Origin: Elusimicrobiota bacterium
GTDB lineage: Bacteria > Elusimicrobiota > Elusimicrobia > Elusimicrobiales > UBA9959
DNA: 64,000 nt
Direction: 5' to 3'
Assembly: GCA_027340875.1 (NCBI GenBank)
Contig: DAIENX010000008.1
Coordinates: 44,284 to 108,283, forward strand
Of this stretch, positions 46,691 to 56,219 are shown piece by piece. Both the position numbers and the translations under genes were made by a program. Positions within the stretch are counted from its first letter, which is position 1, and each line of letters starts with the position of its first letter. Under the pieces are notes generated by a model that saw nothing but the letters and a program-made list of their open reading frames with translations, made no database searches and was not told the DNA's origin.

Positions 46691-47194
46691 ATGAGCAGGG
46701 CTTTCGTTAAAGAGGACGGCTGCGAGGGCGGGGAGCCGGTCAGGCGGCAGGCTAGCGGCAAACCCAACTACGTGACGCCCGAAGGCCTGGAAGCGCTTAG
46801 GGCCAGGGCGTCCGGGCTGGCCTGGAAGCGCGCGGAACTGGTCTCTAGACAGCGGCCCGACGAGCCGAGGGGCCTGGAGCTGAGGCAGGCCGAGGTCGAC
46901 CTGGAATACTACGAATCCCAGCTGAAGCGGGCCATCCTTGTGGACAACCGCGGGCTGGACGCCCGGGACGTGCGTTTCGGGGCCGTAGTCTCTGTCGTGG
47001 AGGAAGGCGGCGCCGCCAGGGAATACCGCATAGTGGGCGAGGATGAGGCGGACCCGGCCTCGGGCAAGCTCAACTGGAGCTCGCCGCTGGCGGCGGCGCT
47101 GCTCGGCGCTTCTTCAGGCGCCAAAGTGGCCCTGCCCAGGAAAGGCGGCGCGGCGCAGATAGAGATATTGTCCGTCTCCTACCCCGACGTCTAG
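46691..47194 (+). CDS. GreA/GreB-family elongation factor-like protein
   Basis: MSRAFVKE, NYVTPEG, VRFGA, IVGEDEAD and SPLAAALLG motifs. Confidence 0.85.
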   Translation: MSRAFVKEDGCEGGEPVRRQASGKPNYVTPEGLEALRARASGLAWKRAELVSRQRPDEPRGLELRQAEVDLEYYESQLKRAILVDNRGLDARDVRFGAVVSVVEEGGAAREYRIVGEDEADPASGKLNWSSPLAAALLGASSGAKVALPRKGGAAQIEILSVSYPDV

Positions 47195-47225
47195 AATAGT
47201 CGGGCTCGGGTCCGGGCCGTCCGCG

Positions 47226-48629
47226 TCACAGCGGGAGCTTGAATGTGAACTCGGACCCTTTTCCCGGTTCGCTTTCCACGGATATCGTTCCTCCGTGCAG
47301 TTCCACGATCCTCTTGGCGATGGCCAGGCCGAGGCCGTGGCTGGCTTCCCCGCCGGTAGGCGCCGCGCTTCCCCTGAAGAACGCGACAAAAAGTTTAGAG
47401 AGCTCTTCTTTCCTCATCCCGAGCCCCTGGTCCTTCACACAGACCGCGAGGAGGCTTTCCTCTTTTTTCGCACCGAGCGTGACCGTAGTCCCTGGCTGGG
47501 AATACTTGATGGCGTTGGTGAGCAGGTTGTCCAGGACCTGCCGGATGCGGTCCGGATCCAGGCTGGCCGAGCCGATATCGGCCGGAACGGCCTCTTTCAG
47601 CGCTATCCCTTTCTTGCCGGCTATCAGCGCGTTGAAATCCAGGGCCTTCATCAACAGCTCCCTCACATCGGTCTCGCGGATGCGCAGTTCCACGCGTCCG
47701 CTGTTGATCTTGGAGACGTCGAGCAGCTCGTTAATGAGGCCGAGCATCTTCTCCGACGACTCGGTTATCAGGTCCAGGGGTTTGGAACAGGAGGGGGCCT
47801 TGACCTCCTCCTTCAGCATGTTCGCCAGCCCGATGATCCCCGAGATGGGGTTCCTGAGGTCGTGCGCTGCCATGCCCAGGAACTTGTCCTTGGTTTCGTT
47901 CAGCGCGGCCAGCTCGCTCTTCTGTTTCGACAGCCGGTCCATCAGCCGCCATATCAGGAAATAGATCGTCAGTACGAATAGAGCGAGGAGCAGGGCCGTG
48001 AGAACTACCATCGTGGCGAAGTTCCGGCGTATGTTACGCGCCACGGAGCCGAAAGGGAGGATGACGCTGATGGCGCCCATGACGTCCCCGGTCCTGTAGT
48101 GCTGGTCCGCGTGGCAGGAAAGGCAGTCCGGCTCGGCGTAGAGCGGCCGTATCAGCCTGTATTGCACGTTCCCCGGAGAGCCGGTGATCTCGTTCAGTTC
48201 CAGAGTTCCGCTCCCGAACGTGGCCAGCGCGCCACGCTCCCAGTCATCGGGAGAATTCCGGGGGTTCAGCGGCCGGAGGCTGGTGAGGTGGAAGGTGAAG
48301 CCCCTTTCCAGTCTGGCGCGCTCGGAGATCTCGCGGATCATCACCGTGTGGTTCTTTTCCGTATAGACCTTTCCGCGGCTGTCCCTGATGTCGTTGTAGT
48401 CCAGGTAACCAGGGGCGGACTTGCCCTTTTTTTCCACGAACACTCCGCCGTAGTCGATGTTCCACTGGCGGACCAGCGTGGTGAGATCGGAGAGGGTCGA
48501 CGCATGCCTGTAGGCCTGCTCTCTTAGCATGGAGTCCTGTTTGAAGGCCATGCCGAGCATGACGGAGCAGATCGTGGTGGTCAGGATCAGCCCTGCGCCC
48601 ATGACGTAGTTCTTCGCCGTGGTTTCCAT
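47226..48629 (-). CDS. Membrane sensor histidine kinase with DUF3365/Tll0287-like periplasmic c-type heme domain
   Basis: [16 protein letters not shown] and CLSCH; H-box AHDLRNP; NAIKY and GLGLAI. Confidence 0.88.
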   Translation of the reverse strand: METTAKNYVMGAGLILTTTICSVMLGMAFKQDSMLREQAYRHASTLSDLTTLVRQWNIDYGGVFVEKKGKSAPGYLDYNDIRDSRGKVYTEKNHTVMIREISERARLERGFTFHLTSLRPLNPRNSPDDWERGALATFGSGTLELNEITGSPGNVQYRLIRPLYAEPDCLSCHADQHYRTGDVMGAISVILPFGSVARNIRRNFATMVVLTALLLALFVLTIYFLIWRLMDRLSKQKSELAALNETKDKFLGMAAHDLRNPISGIIGLANMLKEEVKAPSCSKPLDLITESSEKMLGLINELLDVSKINSGRVELRIRETDVRELLMKALDFNALIAGKKGIALKEAVPADIGSASLDPDRIRQVLDNLLTNAIKYSQPGTTVTLGAKKEESLLAVCVKDQGLGMRKEELSKLFVAFFRGSAAPTGGEASHGLGLAIAKRIVELHGGTISVESEPGKGSEFTFKLPL

Positions 48630-48638
48630 GTGGCCTCC

Positions 48639-49415
48639 TTATGGCCGCAGGTTCAACTCGATGCCCACGGGGCAGTGGTCGGAGCCCTGCACGTCGGGCA
48701 GGATGAAGGCGTCCTTTACGAGGGACGCTTTTTCCTTGTTGATGAAGTAGTAGTCTATTCTCCAGCCGACGTTCCGCTCGCGGGCGCGGGTCTTGTAGTC
48801 CCACCAGGTGTACTGGTCCGGCTCGGGGTGGAAGGCCCTGAAGGTGTCCACCCAGCCCTTGCCGGAGATCTTGTCCAGCCAGGCCCGCTCCACCGGCATG
48901 AACCCCGAGTTCTCCGCGTTCTCCTTCGGGCGCGCGAGGTCTATCTCGTTGTGGGCGGTGTTGACGTCGCCGCAGAAGATCACGGCCTTCCCGGTCTTGC
49001 GCAGCTTCTCTATATGGTCGAGAAAGGCGTCGTAGAAGTCCAGCTTGTACTTGAGACGCTCGGGGCCCTGGCCGCCGTTAGGGAAATAGACGTTCAGCAG
49101 GTAGAACTTCGGGTACTCGAGCGTTATCACGCGGCCTTCCGAGTCGAAGCGCTCCACGCCGAAGCCGTTGGAGACCTCCAGGGGCTCCTGCCTGTAGAAG
49201 GCCGCCACGCCGCTGTAGCCCTTGCGCTCGGCGCAGTTCCACGCGTACTTGTAGCCGGGGAAGTCCGTGTCCGCCGGGGAAAGTTGCTCCGGGCAGGACT
49301 TCACCTCCTGCAGGCCCAGGACGTCGGCGCCGCAGCCGTTGATGAAGGCGCCGAACCCCTTCTTCAGCGCGGCCCGGTAGCCGTTGACGTTCCAGGAGAG
49401 CAGCTTCAGGGGCAT
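48639..49415 (-). CDS. xth: Exodeoxyribonuclease III (AP endonuclease)
   Basis: SWNVNG, LQEVK, GDVNTAH, WRIDY and SDHCP motifs. Confidence 0.95.
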   Translation of the reverse strand: MPLKLLSWNVNGYRAALKKGFGAFINGCGADVLGLQEVKSCPEQLSPADTDFPGYKYAWNCAERKGYSGVAAFYRQEPLEVSNGFGVERFDSEGRVITLEYPKFYLLNVYFPNGGQGPERLKYKLDFYDAFLDHIEKLRKTGKAVIFCGDVNTAHNEIDLARPKENAENSGFMPVERAWLDKISGKGWVDTFRAFHPEPDQYTWWDYKTRARERNVGWRIDYYFINKEKASLVKDAFILPDVQGSDHCPVGIELNLRP

Positions 49416-49416
49416 A

Positions 49417-50781
49417 TCATTTCTGCAGAGCCTCGTGTATGGCCTCGGCCATCGTCGGGTGCGCGTAGATGATATCTTTCAGGTCCTTCTTCTTGAGCCT
49501 GAGCTTGACGGCCAGCGCCAGCACGTGGACGAGTTCCGTGGCCGGGCCTCCCACTATCTGCGCGCCTATGACCGTATCGTCCGCGGCGTCGAAGACCAGT
49601 TGCGCGAAACCTTCCGTCTCGTAGGCGGCTACGGCTTTGCCGATGCCGAGGTAGAAAGAGCGCGCCGTCTTCGCCGTCAGCCCCCTGGCCTCGGCCTGGG
49701 CCTTGTTCAGGCCCACCGAGCCGACCTCCGGCCAGGCGTAGACGCATTTGGGAACGATGGAGTCGTCGAAGGCATGGTCGCCGCCCATAATGTTCTCCGC
49801 CGCTATCTCGCCCTGGCGGGTGGCGGAGTGGGCGAGCAGGGAGATGCCGTTAACGTCGCCGACGGCGTATACGCCGGGAACGGAGGTACGCATGCGGTCG
49901 TCCACCTTGACCCCTTTCCTGTCCCAGGCCAGGCCTAGGGCCTCCAGCCCCATCCCGGTCAGGTCCGCCGCGCGGCCCGCGCCCACCAGTATCTCCTCGG
50001 CCTCCAGCTTGGAGCCGTCCTCCAGTTCCACGGTCTTGAGGCCGGGACCGGCCTTGATCGAGGCGGTCTTTTTCCCCAGGTGGAACTTCACGCCGCGCTT
50101 CTCGAAGGACGAGCGCAGCGTCCTTGTGACCTGAGGGTCCTCCCCGGCGAGTATGTCCGGCAGCAGCTCCATCACCTCCACTTTCACTCCGATGCCGTTG
50201 AAGAAGCAGGCGAACTCCAGGCCTATCACGCCTCCGCCCACTATCAGCAGGGACTTTGGCAGGCGCGGGAGATCGAAGATCCTGTCGGAATCCGTCAACG
50301 CGTCCTTGAAATCGCGGAAAGGAGGGGGGAACGACGGGCGCGTGCCGGCGGCGAGTATGGCCGCGTCGAAAGGGAACCTGGCCGCTCCACCGGGACCGGT
50401 GACCTCTATCTCCCCGGGACCCGCGAAGGCGGCCTTGCCGCGGATCACCGGTATCTTCCTGGCCTGGAAGAGCTTCTCCAGCGAGGAGCGGAGCTTGAGA
50501 ACGACCCCGGCCCGCCTGGCCTTCACCTTCTCCCAGTCGAGCATGTCCGGGGAGAAATTGAAGCCGGAGGCTTCCTTCATCAGGCCGCGCAGACCCTCGA
50601 AGGCGTGAACCCGGTGGGCCGTGTCCAGGAAAGCCTTTGAAGGTATGCAGCCCCGGTTCAGGCAGGTGCCGCCGAAATCGGACGACTCCACTATGGAAAC
50701 TTCGGCGCCCAGCTCCTTTAGGCGCAGCGCGGCCGGGTAGCCGCCTGGCCCCGAGCCGATGACTACGATCTTCTTTGGCAT
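49417..50781 (-). CDS. lpdA: Dihydrolipoyl dehydrogenase
   Basis: GSGPGG, GGTCLNRGCIPSK, GGGVIGLE and HPTMAE motifs. Confidence 0.94.
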   Translation of the reverse strand: MPKKIVVIGSGPGGYPAALRLKELGAEVSIVESSDFGGTCLNRGCIPSKAFLDTAHRVHAFEGLRGLMKEASGFNFSPDMLDWEKVKARRAGVVLKLRSSLEKLFQARKIPVIRGKAAFAGPGEIEVTGPGGAARFPFDAAILAAGTRPSFPPPFRDFKDALTDSDRIFDLPRLPKSLLIVGGGVIGLEFACFFNGIGVKVEVMELLPDILAGEDPQVTRTLRSSFEKRGVKFHLGKKTASIKAGPGLKTVELEDGSKLEAEEILVGAGRAADLTGMGLEALGLAWDRKGVKVDDRMRTSVPGVYAVGDVNGISLLAHSATRQGEIAAENIMGGDHAFDDSIVPKCVYAWPEVGSVGLNKAQAEARGLTAKTARSFYLGIGKAVAAYETEGFAQLVFDAADDTVIGAQIVGGPATELVHVLALAVKLRLKKKDLKDIIYAHPTMAEAIHEALQK

Positions 50782-50782
50782 G

Positions 50783-51994
50783 TTACTCTCCTGTCACGGG
50801 GTAGATGTCGAGCAGGAACTTCTCGACCGCCATCAGGCCGTTCTTCAGCTTGGTGGAAAGCGTCTGGGAGAGCAGCGGCTCTATCTTCGGCTTGCGCAGC
50901 GGACCCGAGGCCGCGAGCGAGAGCCGGTTATCGCCTATGGCGGCTTCCAGCTGGGCGTTCGCGGTGGCCGAGCTGCCGTCAATGGAAAGGGAAGCGTTCA
51001 GGTCCATGAAGTTGGAGCGCAGCAGGATATCCTTGAGCGCGAGCACCGAGTCGTCCAGCGAGAAGCCTGCGCTTATGGTCCTGACCTCCACGTCCTCCAC
51101 CGTCGGGGCGGGTTTGCCCATCGCGGCGGAGAAGAGCTTCAGGCTCTCGGCCACGCGCTTGCGGGCCGTCCCCTCGCTGGCCGGGACCACGAGGTTCTGG
51201 GCGCTGATCGAGGCGGTGTATTTTTTCTCGCCCAGCGGCTTGCGTATGTTCAGCAGGTCCCAGTCCGCCAGCAGCCTCTCTAGCGTGACCGCCCCATAGA
51301 CCACCTCGTCGGCCTTCAGGGTGCCCTTGGCGGAGGACAGTCCGCCGTAGTCGAAGTTCGCGTCGGCGTAAAGTCCGAAGTTTGAGGAGACCAGCTTGCC
51401 TCCGTACACGGTCTTCAGCCTGCCGTCGGCCGCGAAGTTGTAGTTGCCGCCGTAGGCCGAGTAGTGGGAGAGACGGATATTGGTGCGCTCCATCGAGACG
51501 GACGCGCCGGTCTCGGCCATGTCGGCCTCTACGGTGGCGTTCCTGATGACGAGGTCGCTGATGTTCCAGGTGAGGTGGAGGCCTTTCGACGTGTCCGGCA
51601 GCAGGCGGAGGATGTCCTCGAAGTCCCAGCGGCCGCCGCTCTTCCTTATCTTTATGAGCGGGCTCTCCAGCGTGATCTCGGAGAAATATACCTTGTCGCG
51701 CAGCAGGTCCGCCAGGCGCGGGCGGAGTACTGCCTTGTCGGCGCAGAAGAACTTGCCCCTGGAGAAGTCCGGCTTGCGCGAAACGCAGGCGTCGCTTATC
51801 AGGACGTCGCCCAGGAACGAAAATGAGATGGCCCCGACCTTTACCTTGCGCCCGAGCGCCTTCTCGGCCTGGGCTCCCAGCCTGTCGGCGATGTAGGCCG
51901 AGAAGCGGCGTTGTTTGGCGTAGACGAAGGCGGCGGCGGCGGCGAGCAGGAGCAGCAGGACGGCGGCGATCAGGCGGGATGGGGACAGCTTCAT
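50783..51994 (-). CDS. AsmA-family protein (short)
   Basis: N-terminal TM; EKALGRKVKVG...ITLESPLIKIRKSGGRWDFED. Confidence 0.7.
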   Translation of the reverse strand: MKLSPSRLIAAVLLLLLAAAAAFVYAKQRRFSAYIADRLGAQAEKALGRKVKVGAISFSFLGDVLISDACVSRKPDFSRGKFFCADKAVLRPRLADLLRDKVYFSEITLESPLIKIRKSGGRWDFEDILRLLPDTSKGLHLTWNISDLVIRNATVEADMAETGASVSMERTNIRLSHYSAYGGNYNFAADGRLKTVYGGKLVSSNFGLYADANFDYGGLSSAKGTLKADEVVYGAVTLERLLADWDLLNIRKPLGEKKYTASISAQNLVVPASEGTARKRVAESLKLFSAAMGKPAPTVEDVEVRTISAGFSLDDSVLALKDILLRSNFMDLNASLSIDGSSATANAQLEAAIGDNRLSLAASGPLRKPKIEPLLSQTLSTKLKNGLMAVEKFLLDIYPVTGE

Positions 51995-52041
51995 AGTTCC
52001 CATTATAGGTTCTTAGCGGCAGGCGCGCAAACGCCGCGCCG

Positions 52042-53352
52042 TCAGGGGCGGCCGGGGGGTCTGCGCCCCGGGAGGGCCGCGGCCGGATAGACGTCTATGG
52101 AGCGGAAGCCTATGGCTGACATGAGGAAGCCGGGCCTGGCGGCGGCCGCCATATCCGTTTCCTTTACGCGGGCGAGGAACGGGATTATCGCGCCTATGCG
52201 CAGACAGGCGCTCATCAGCAGCATGACGACGAAGGCGTTGCCGCGCAGCGTGGCGTAAAGTACTCCGCCCGCCAGGGCGCCGGCGAACTGCCCCAGGCAG
52301 GCCGTGAAGCCGAACATGGCTATATACCTGGTGCGCCTGGCCGGGCCAGCCAGCTCGTAGACGAAGTTATTGGTCCCCATGCCGTACGCGGCCCAGACCG
52401 TTCCTGAGAAAACCTCGGCGCAGACCAGCCACCAGAACGACGGGGCCAGCGCCCACAGCAGCGGTATGAGCGGCACGGAGAGGAACGCCGCCCGCAGTAC
52501 CTTCACGCTGCCGAACAGGTCGGCTATGCCGCCCCAGCGCCGCATCAGCAGGTACGTGACCAGCTGGCCTATGGTCATGATGACCATATACCGCAGGTAG
52601 CCGTAGCGCAGATGCGTAAGGACGTAGACGCTGAAATACGGGGCCACGAGGAAAGAGGAGAACATCAGCGCGAACACGCTGGCCAGGAACGGGCGCAGGG
52701 CGGGCGGCGGCGACGCCGGCTGCTCGGCAGCTGAGGGCGTTCTCGGCAGGTGGAAGCCGGAGGCGGGCTCGTACATGCCGCCGATGTAATGGAACGACAA
52801 AAGGCGCAGCAGGCCCGCCGCGGCGAAGAGCGCGGAGAAGGTCCACAGTCCAGGGTAGAAGCTCAGCAGCCTGGCCGCCGCCAGGCTGGCCGAGAAGAAG
52901 GTGACCCCTACTATCTGGTTGCGCAAGCCGAAGAAAGCGCCCCTGCGCCGCCTGGGGATATACTCGCCCATCAGTGTGGCCCACGGCGGGCCCGCCAGGT
53001 TGCCCGCCGTGGTGTACAGCACCAGCGCGGCGGCCAGCAGGAGCAGCGCGCCGCGCGGAGGCAGCACCACGGCGGCAGCGGCCGCGAAGAGGGAGGAGGC
53101 CTGCGCCAGAACGTCCAGCCGCACCGCCCGGCGGCAGCTGCCCAGGCGGCGCACCATCTCCTCGTTGAGCAACTGCGCGGCGGAAGCCGCCAGCGGGGGG
53201 GCGGCGCGCAGGAAGCCGACGAAGGGGGCCGAGGCGCCGAGCGCCAGCGCGAACGGCACCACGTACGGTTCCACCAGGCCGCTCATGGCGGCCCAGGCCA
53301 GGCCGTCCTTGATGGAAGCGGCGACGCTGGCGCGCACTTTGCCCCTGGTCAT
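52042..53352 (-). CDS. MFS transporter
   Basis: About 12 TM segments; WATLMGEYIPRRRRGAFFG and RWGGIADLFG motifs. Confidence 0.85.
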   Translation of the reverse strand: MTRGKVRASVAASIKDGLAWAAMSGLVEPYVVPFALALGASAPFVGFLRAAPPLAASAAQLLNEEMVRRLGSCRRAVRLDVLAQASSLFAAAAAVVLPPRGALLLLAAALVLYTTAGNLAGPPWATLMGEYIPRRRRGAFFGLRNQIVGVTFFSASLAAARLLSFYPGLWTFSALFAAAGLLRLLSFHYIGGMYEPASGFHLPRTPSAAEQPASPPPALRPFLASVFALMFSSFLVAPYFSVYVLTHLRYGYLRYMVIMTIGQLVTYLLMRRWGGIADLFGSVKVLRAAFLSVPLIPLLWALAPSFWWLVCAEVFSGTVWAAYGMGTNNFVYELAGPARRTRYIAMFGFTACLGQFAGALAGGVLYATLRGNAFVVMLLMSACLRIGAIIPFLARVKETDMAAAARPGFLMSAIGFRSIDVYPAAALPGRRPPGRP

Positions 53353-53405
53353 CGGGTTATTATAGCGGCGAGCGGCCGGCCCTTTCAAATCCGGCCGCGG
53401 GAAGA

Positions 53406-53714
53406 TCAGAGGGACTGCTCTATGGCCGTCCTGATCAGGGCGCGCTGCTCCGGCGCCAGGAAGGAGATGGAATAGGTGAAATAACCGTCCCCGTCGCGCA
53501 TGGCCTTGTCTATCCGGCCCCGCACTTCCTCGAACCGGGCGCGGCCCAGTTCGAAGCCGAGAGCCACTATCTTGCCCGTCCTCAGTTCGAAGTGGCTTAT
53601 GACCTCCGCTTCTTCCGGCGACAGGAAGCCCAGCCTTCCCCAGAGGGGGGGCAGGTCCAGCGAGGTCTTGATCTCCGCCGGTATGGAGGCGGTCTTATTT
53701 CGGCTCTTCCTCAT
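53406..53714 (-). CDS. Small hypothetical protein, possibly degenerate PilZ-like
   Basis: 102 aa; basic N-terminus, beta-strand pattern, C-terminal helix; overlaps upstream gene. Confidence 0.5.
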   Translation of the reverse strand: MRKSRNKTASIPAEIKTSLDLPPLWGRLGFLSPEEAEVISHFELRTGKIVALGFELGRARFEEVRGRIDKAMRDGDGYFTYSISFLAPEQRALIRTAIEQSL

Positions 53715-54834
53715 AGAACGCCAGCGCCCTGTCCCCGTCCTCTCCGGCGAACCAGATGCGGCCGTCCTTCGAGTCCATGGCGGTGATCTTCAGGGACCTG
53801 GAAGAATACTCGGGTATCTGCGTCTGGGAGACGATCCTTTCGGGGTCTTCGAGCGAAAGCTTGACCAGCGCCCTGCGCGCCGGGTCGGCGACCCATATGA
53901 AGCGGGTGTCGCAGGCTATGGCCGACAGCCTGCCGCCCGGATATCTGTAGGTCTTGATCGTGTCCAGAGAATCGCCGGGCATGCGCTTGGTCAGCTCTCC
54001 GGTCCGGGACTGCGCTGTCCAGAAATAGAGCCCGTCGTAGCAGACGCTGTCCGCGGCCGGCTTGAAAGGCTTCGTCGCGGCGGCCTTCGTATAGCGCCCG
54101 TCGAGCAGGCGCTTCTCGATCACGCCGTCGGTGCGCGCCAGCCACAGCGAATCGCGCGAAGCGGCCATGGCCACGGGGGTTATGTCGGGCAGGCTGGTCA
54201 CCTTGCGGATGCCGAAGGTCTTCATGTTGTGTTCGTAGAGACCCTGGCTGTACCAGTCGCTGACCAGCACCGAGTCCTCCTTGGCGACTATGCCGGTAGG
54301 ATGGGCGTAGGGTAGGTAGAAGCTGCGCGGCCTCTGCTCCGCGGGGGAATATTTCCTGAAGCCGTAGAACAGGCCGGCCGCGAAGGCAGCCAGGCCCACG
54401 GAAACGGCCAGCCCGAGGGCCAGCAGCCTCCGGCGGCGGCGCAGCGCGGAGCCGTCCAGCTCTATCTCGGTCCCGCCCAGCCTGAGGGACTTGCGGTAGA
54501 TCGGCCGCAGCTCCTCCTCGGTCCACGGGCTCTGGGCGCAGTCCAGCGCGCCGGCCTTCATCAGCGCTACCGCCCTGGAGGCGTCGCGCCGCTTGAGCAG
54601 CGGCACCAGCGGCAGGAAGGGGGCCACGCGCCTGAGTTCGCGCAGCTGTATCTCGGCGGGCGGCTCCTCGCCGTCGGCCAGGAAGACGGCCGCCGGCCGG
54701 GTCTTCTCCAGCACGGCCAGGGCGTCGTTGAGGTCGGCCGAGAATACGGCGTCGGCGCCGAGGTTCCTGAAGATGCCCCTGAGGATGGTCCTGTCCTTCT
54801 CGGAGGCGCAGATTATCTGTACTGTGTTGAACAT
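53695..54834 (-). CDS. Pseudo-receiver domain + TM + extracytoplasmic beta-propeller-like protein
   Basis: CheY-like N-terminus (AVALMKAGALDCAQSPWTEEEL), RRRRR-TM, then repeats like CYDGLYFW and ACDTRFIWVAD. Confidence 0.65.
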   Translation of the reverse strand: MFNTVQIICASEKDRTILRGIFRNLGADAVFSADLNDALAVLEKTRPAAVFLADGEEPPAEIQLRELRRVAPFLPLVPLLKRRDASRAVALMKAGALDCAQSPWTEEELRPIYRKSLRLGGTEIELDGSALRRRRRLLALGLAVSVGLAAFAAGLFYGFRKYSPAEQRPRSFYLPYAHPTGIVAKEDSVLVSDWYSQGLYEHNMKTFGIRKVTSLPDITPVAMAASRDSLWLARTDGVIEKRLLDGRYTKAAATKPFKPAADSVCYDGLYFWTAQSRTGELTKRMPGDSLDTIKTYRYPGGRLSAIACDTRFIWVADPARRALVKLSLEDPERIVSQTQIPEYSSRSLKITAMDSKDGRIWFAGEDGDRALAFYEEEPK

Positions 54835-54839
54835 GGCGC

Positions 54840-56147
54840 CTATTCCCCGTCTCGCGGCGGCGCGGGTATCGTGAATACCGAGTCCTCTACCGGCAGGCCC
54901 TTCGAGACGTGCTTCTCGTTGGCCTTATAGACGCGCTCCCACAGGTTAGGGTTACCGTAATACTTCGAGGCTATCGAGCGCAGCGTCTCCCCGGCGGCCA
55001 CCTTGTGCAGGCGGGGCCACTTGGGGGGAGGCGGCGGCACGTAGGCCTTCTTCGGGGGAGGGTTCTCCTTCCTGTAAAGGGCGTCCGTCGCCTGCACTTC
55101 CAGCTCCTTCACGTTGTCCTCCAGTTCGCGCATGCGGCCCTGCAGCATCGTGAGGTCCGTCTCCAGCACGCTCTTGTTGACGCGGTAGGTGGCTATGGAG
55201 CTCTCGATGTCGGCGCGCTGCATGCGCAGGTTCTCGATCTGGTTGCGGAGGTCTCCGGCCTCTTTGGCGGCGTTGCCGACCAGCTTCTCGCTGAAGGTTG
55301 GGGCGCCGAAGCGGTAGCCGGCGTTGAAGCCGTAATAGCCGTAGGACTTTTGATAACCCGCCCAGGGCAGAGACCAGGCGAAATCGATGCTCCACGGGGA
55401 GAGGTTCACCCCTGCGCCGAGGGAGAGGTACTGCCCGCCCTCCAGCGTCAGGCCCTTTCCGGCCCGCAGCTGCAGCAGGCCGTTGAAGGCCGTGTGCTCG
55501 GCCCCGAGGAACAGCTCAGAGTAGGAGCCGCGCGCCCTGAGGTCGGCCAGCAGCTCGGTGTTCTTTATCCGGTAGGAGTTGCCCAGCGTTATCGTCAGCA
55601 TGGAACGGCCGGCGCCCATAAGCAGGTCCGAGAAGACGAGCGCCGTCCTCAGTCCGCCGCTGCCTTCGAGCTTTACGCCGCCGTCCACTCCGAGGGCCAG
55701 GTGGCTCTTCTCCTCCCGGAGGCTTACCAGCTTGAAGCTGCCGCCGTAAAAAACGGGCTTCTGCAGGTACTTGATAGTTTTCCGCTTGCCGACGCCGAAA
55801 GTGAAGGAGTCCAGGGAGGCGGCCTTGCGCCTGACCGCGTAGTAGCCGAAGCCGGCCGCCTTGTTCTGCACGTCCGGCACCGGGCGGATATAGACGAGCG
55901 AGGATTCGCCCAGCGGCGCCGAGGGGGAAAGGCGGCGCGCGGTCTCCAGCCTGACCTCCAGGTCGCTGAGAGTGGTGAGGTTGGCGGGGTTGTAGAAGAT
56001 GGCGCAGGGGTCCCCCTCCACCGTGGAGAAAGCCGAGCCGGCGGCGTTGGCCCTTACGCAGGGGCGCATGTAGGTGAAATCCGCGGCCGCAGCGACCGCC
56101 GGGGTCAGAGCCGTGGCGAGGAGTAACTGTAGAAACTGTTTTTTCAT
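54840..56147 (-). CDS. Outer-membrane beta-barrel (PorV/FadL-like N-terminus) + coiled coil + LysM protein
   Basis: Signal peptide; RANAAGSAF...DPCAIFYNPANL; coiled coil; HKVAAGETLRSIASKYYG (LysM). Confidence 0.75.
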   Translation of the reverse strand: MKKQFLQLLLATALTPAVAAAADFTYMRPCVRANAAGSAFSTVEGDPCAIFYNPANLTTLSDLEVRLETARRLSPSAPLGESSLVYIRPVPDVQNKAAGFGYYAVRRKAASLDSFTFGVGKRKTIKYLQKPVFYGGSFKLVSLREEKSHLALGVDGGVKLEGSGGLRTALVFSDLLMGAGRSMLTITLGNSYRIKNTELLADLRARGSYSELFLGAEHTAFNGLLQLRAGKGLTLEGGQYLSLGAGVNLSPWSIDFAWSLPWAGYQKSYGYYGFNAGYRFGAPTFSEKLVGNAAKEAGDLRNQIENLRMQRADIESSIATYRVNKSVLETDLTMLQGRMRELEDNVKELEVQATDALYRKENPPPKKAYVPPPPPKWPRLHKVAAGETLRSIASKYYGNPNLWERVYKANEKHVSKGLPVEDSVFTIPAPPRDGE

Positions 56148-56219
56148 AGTTCCGGGGCGAATATATTATAATTGTAATCGACCGGTATTAAATTTATATT
56201 TCATTTTCTTTTAAACCCC

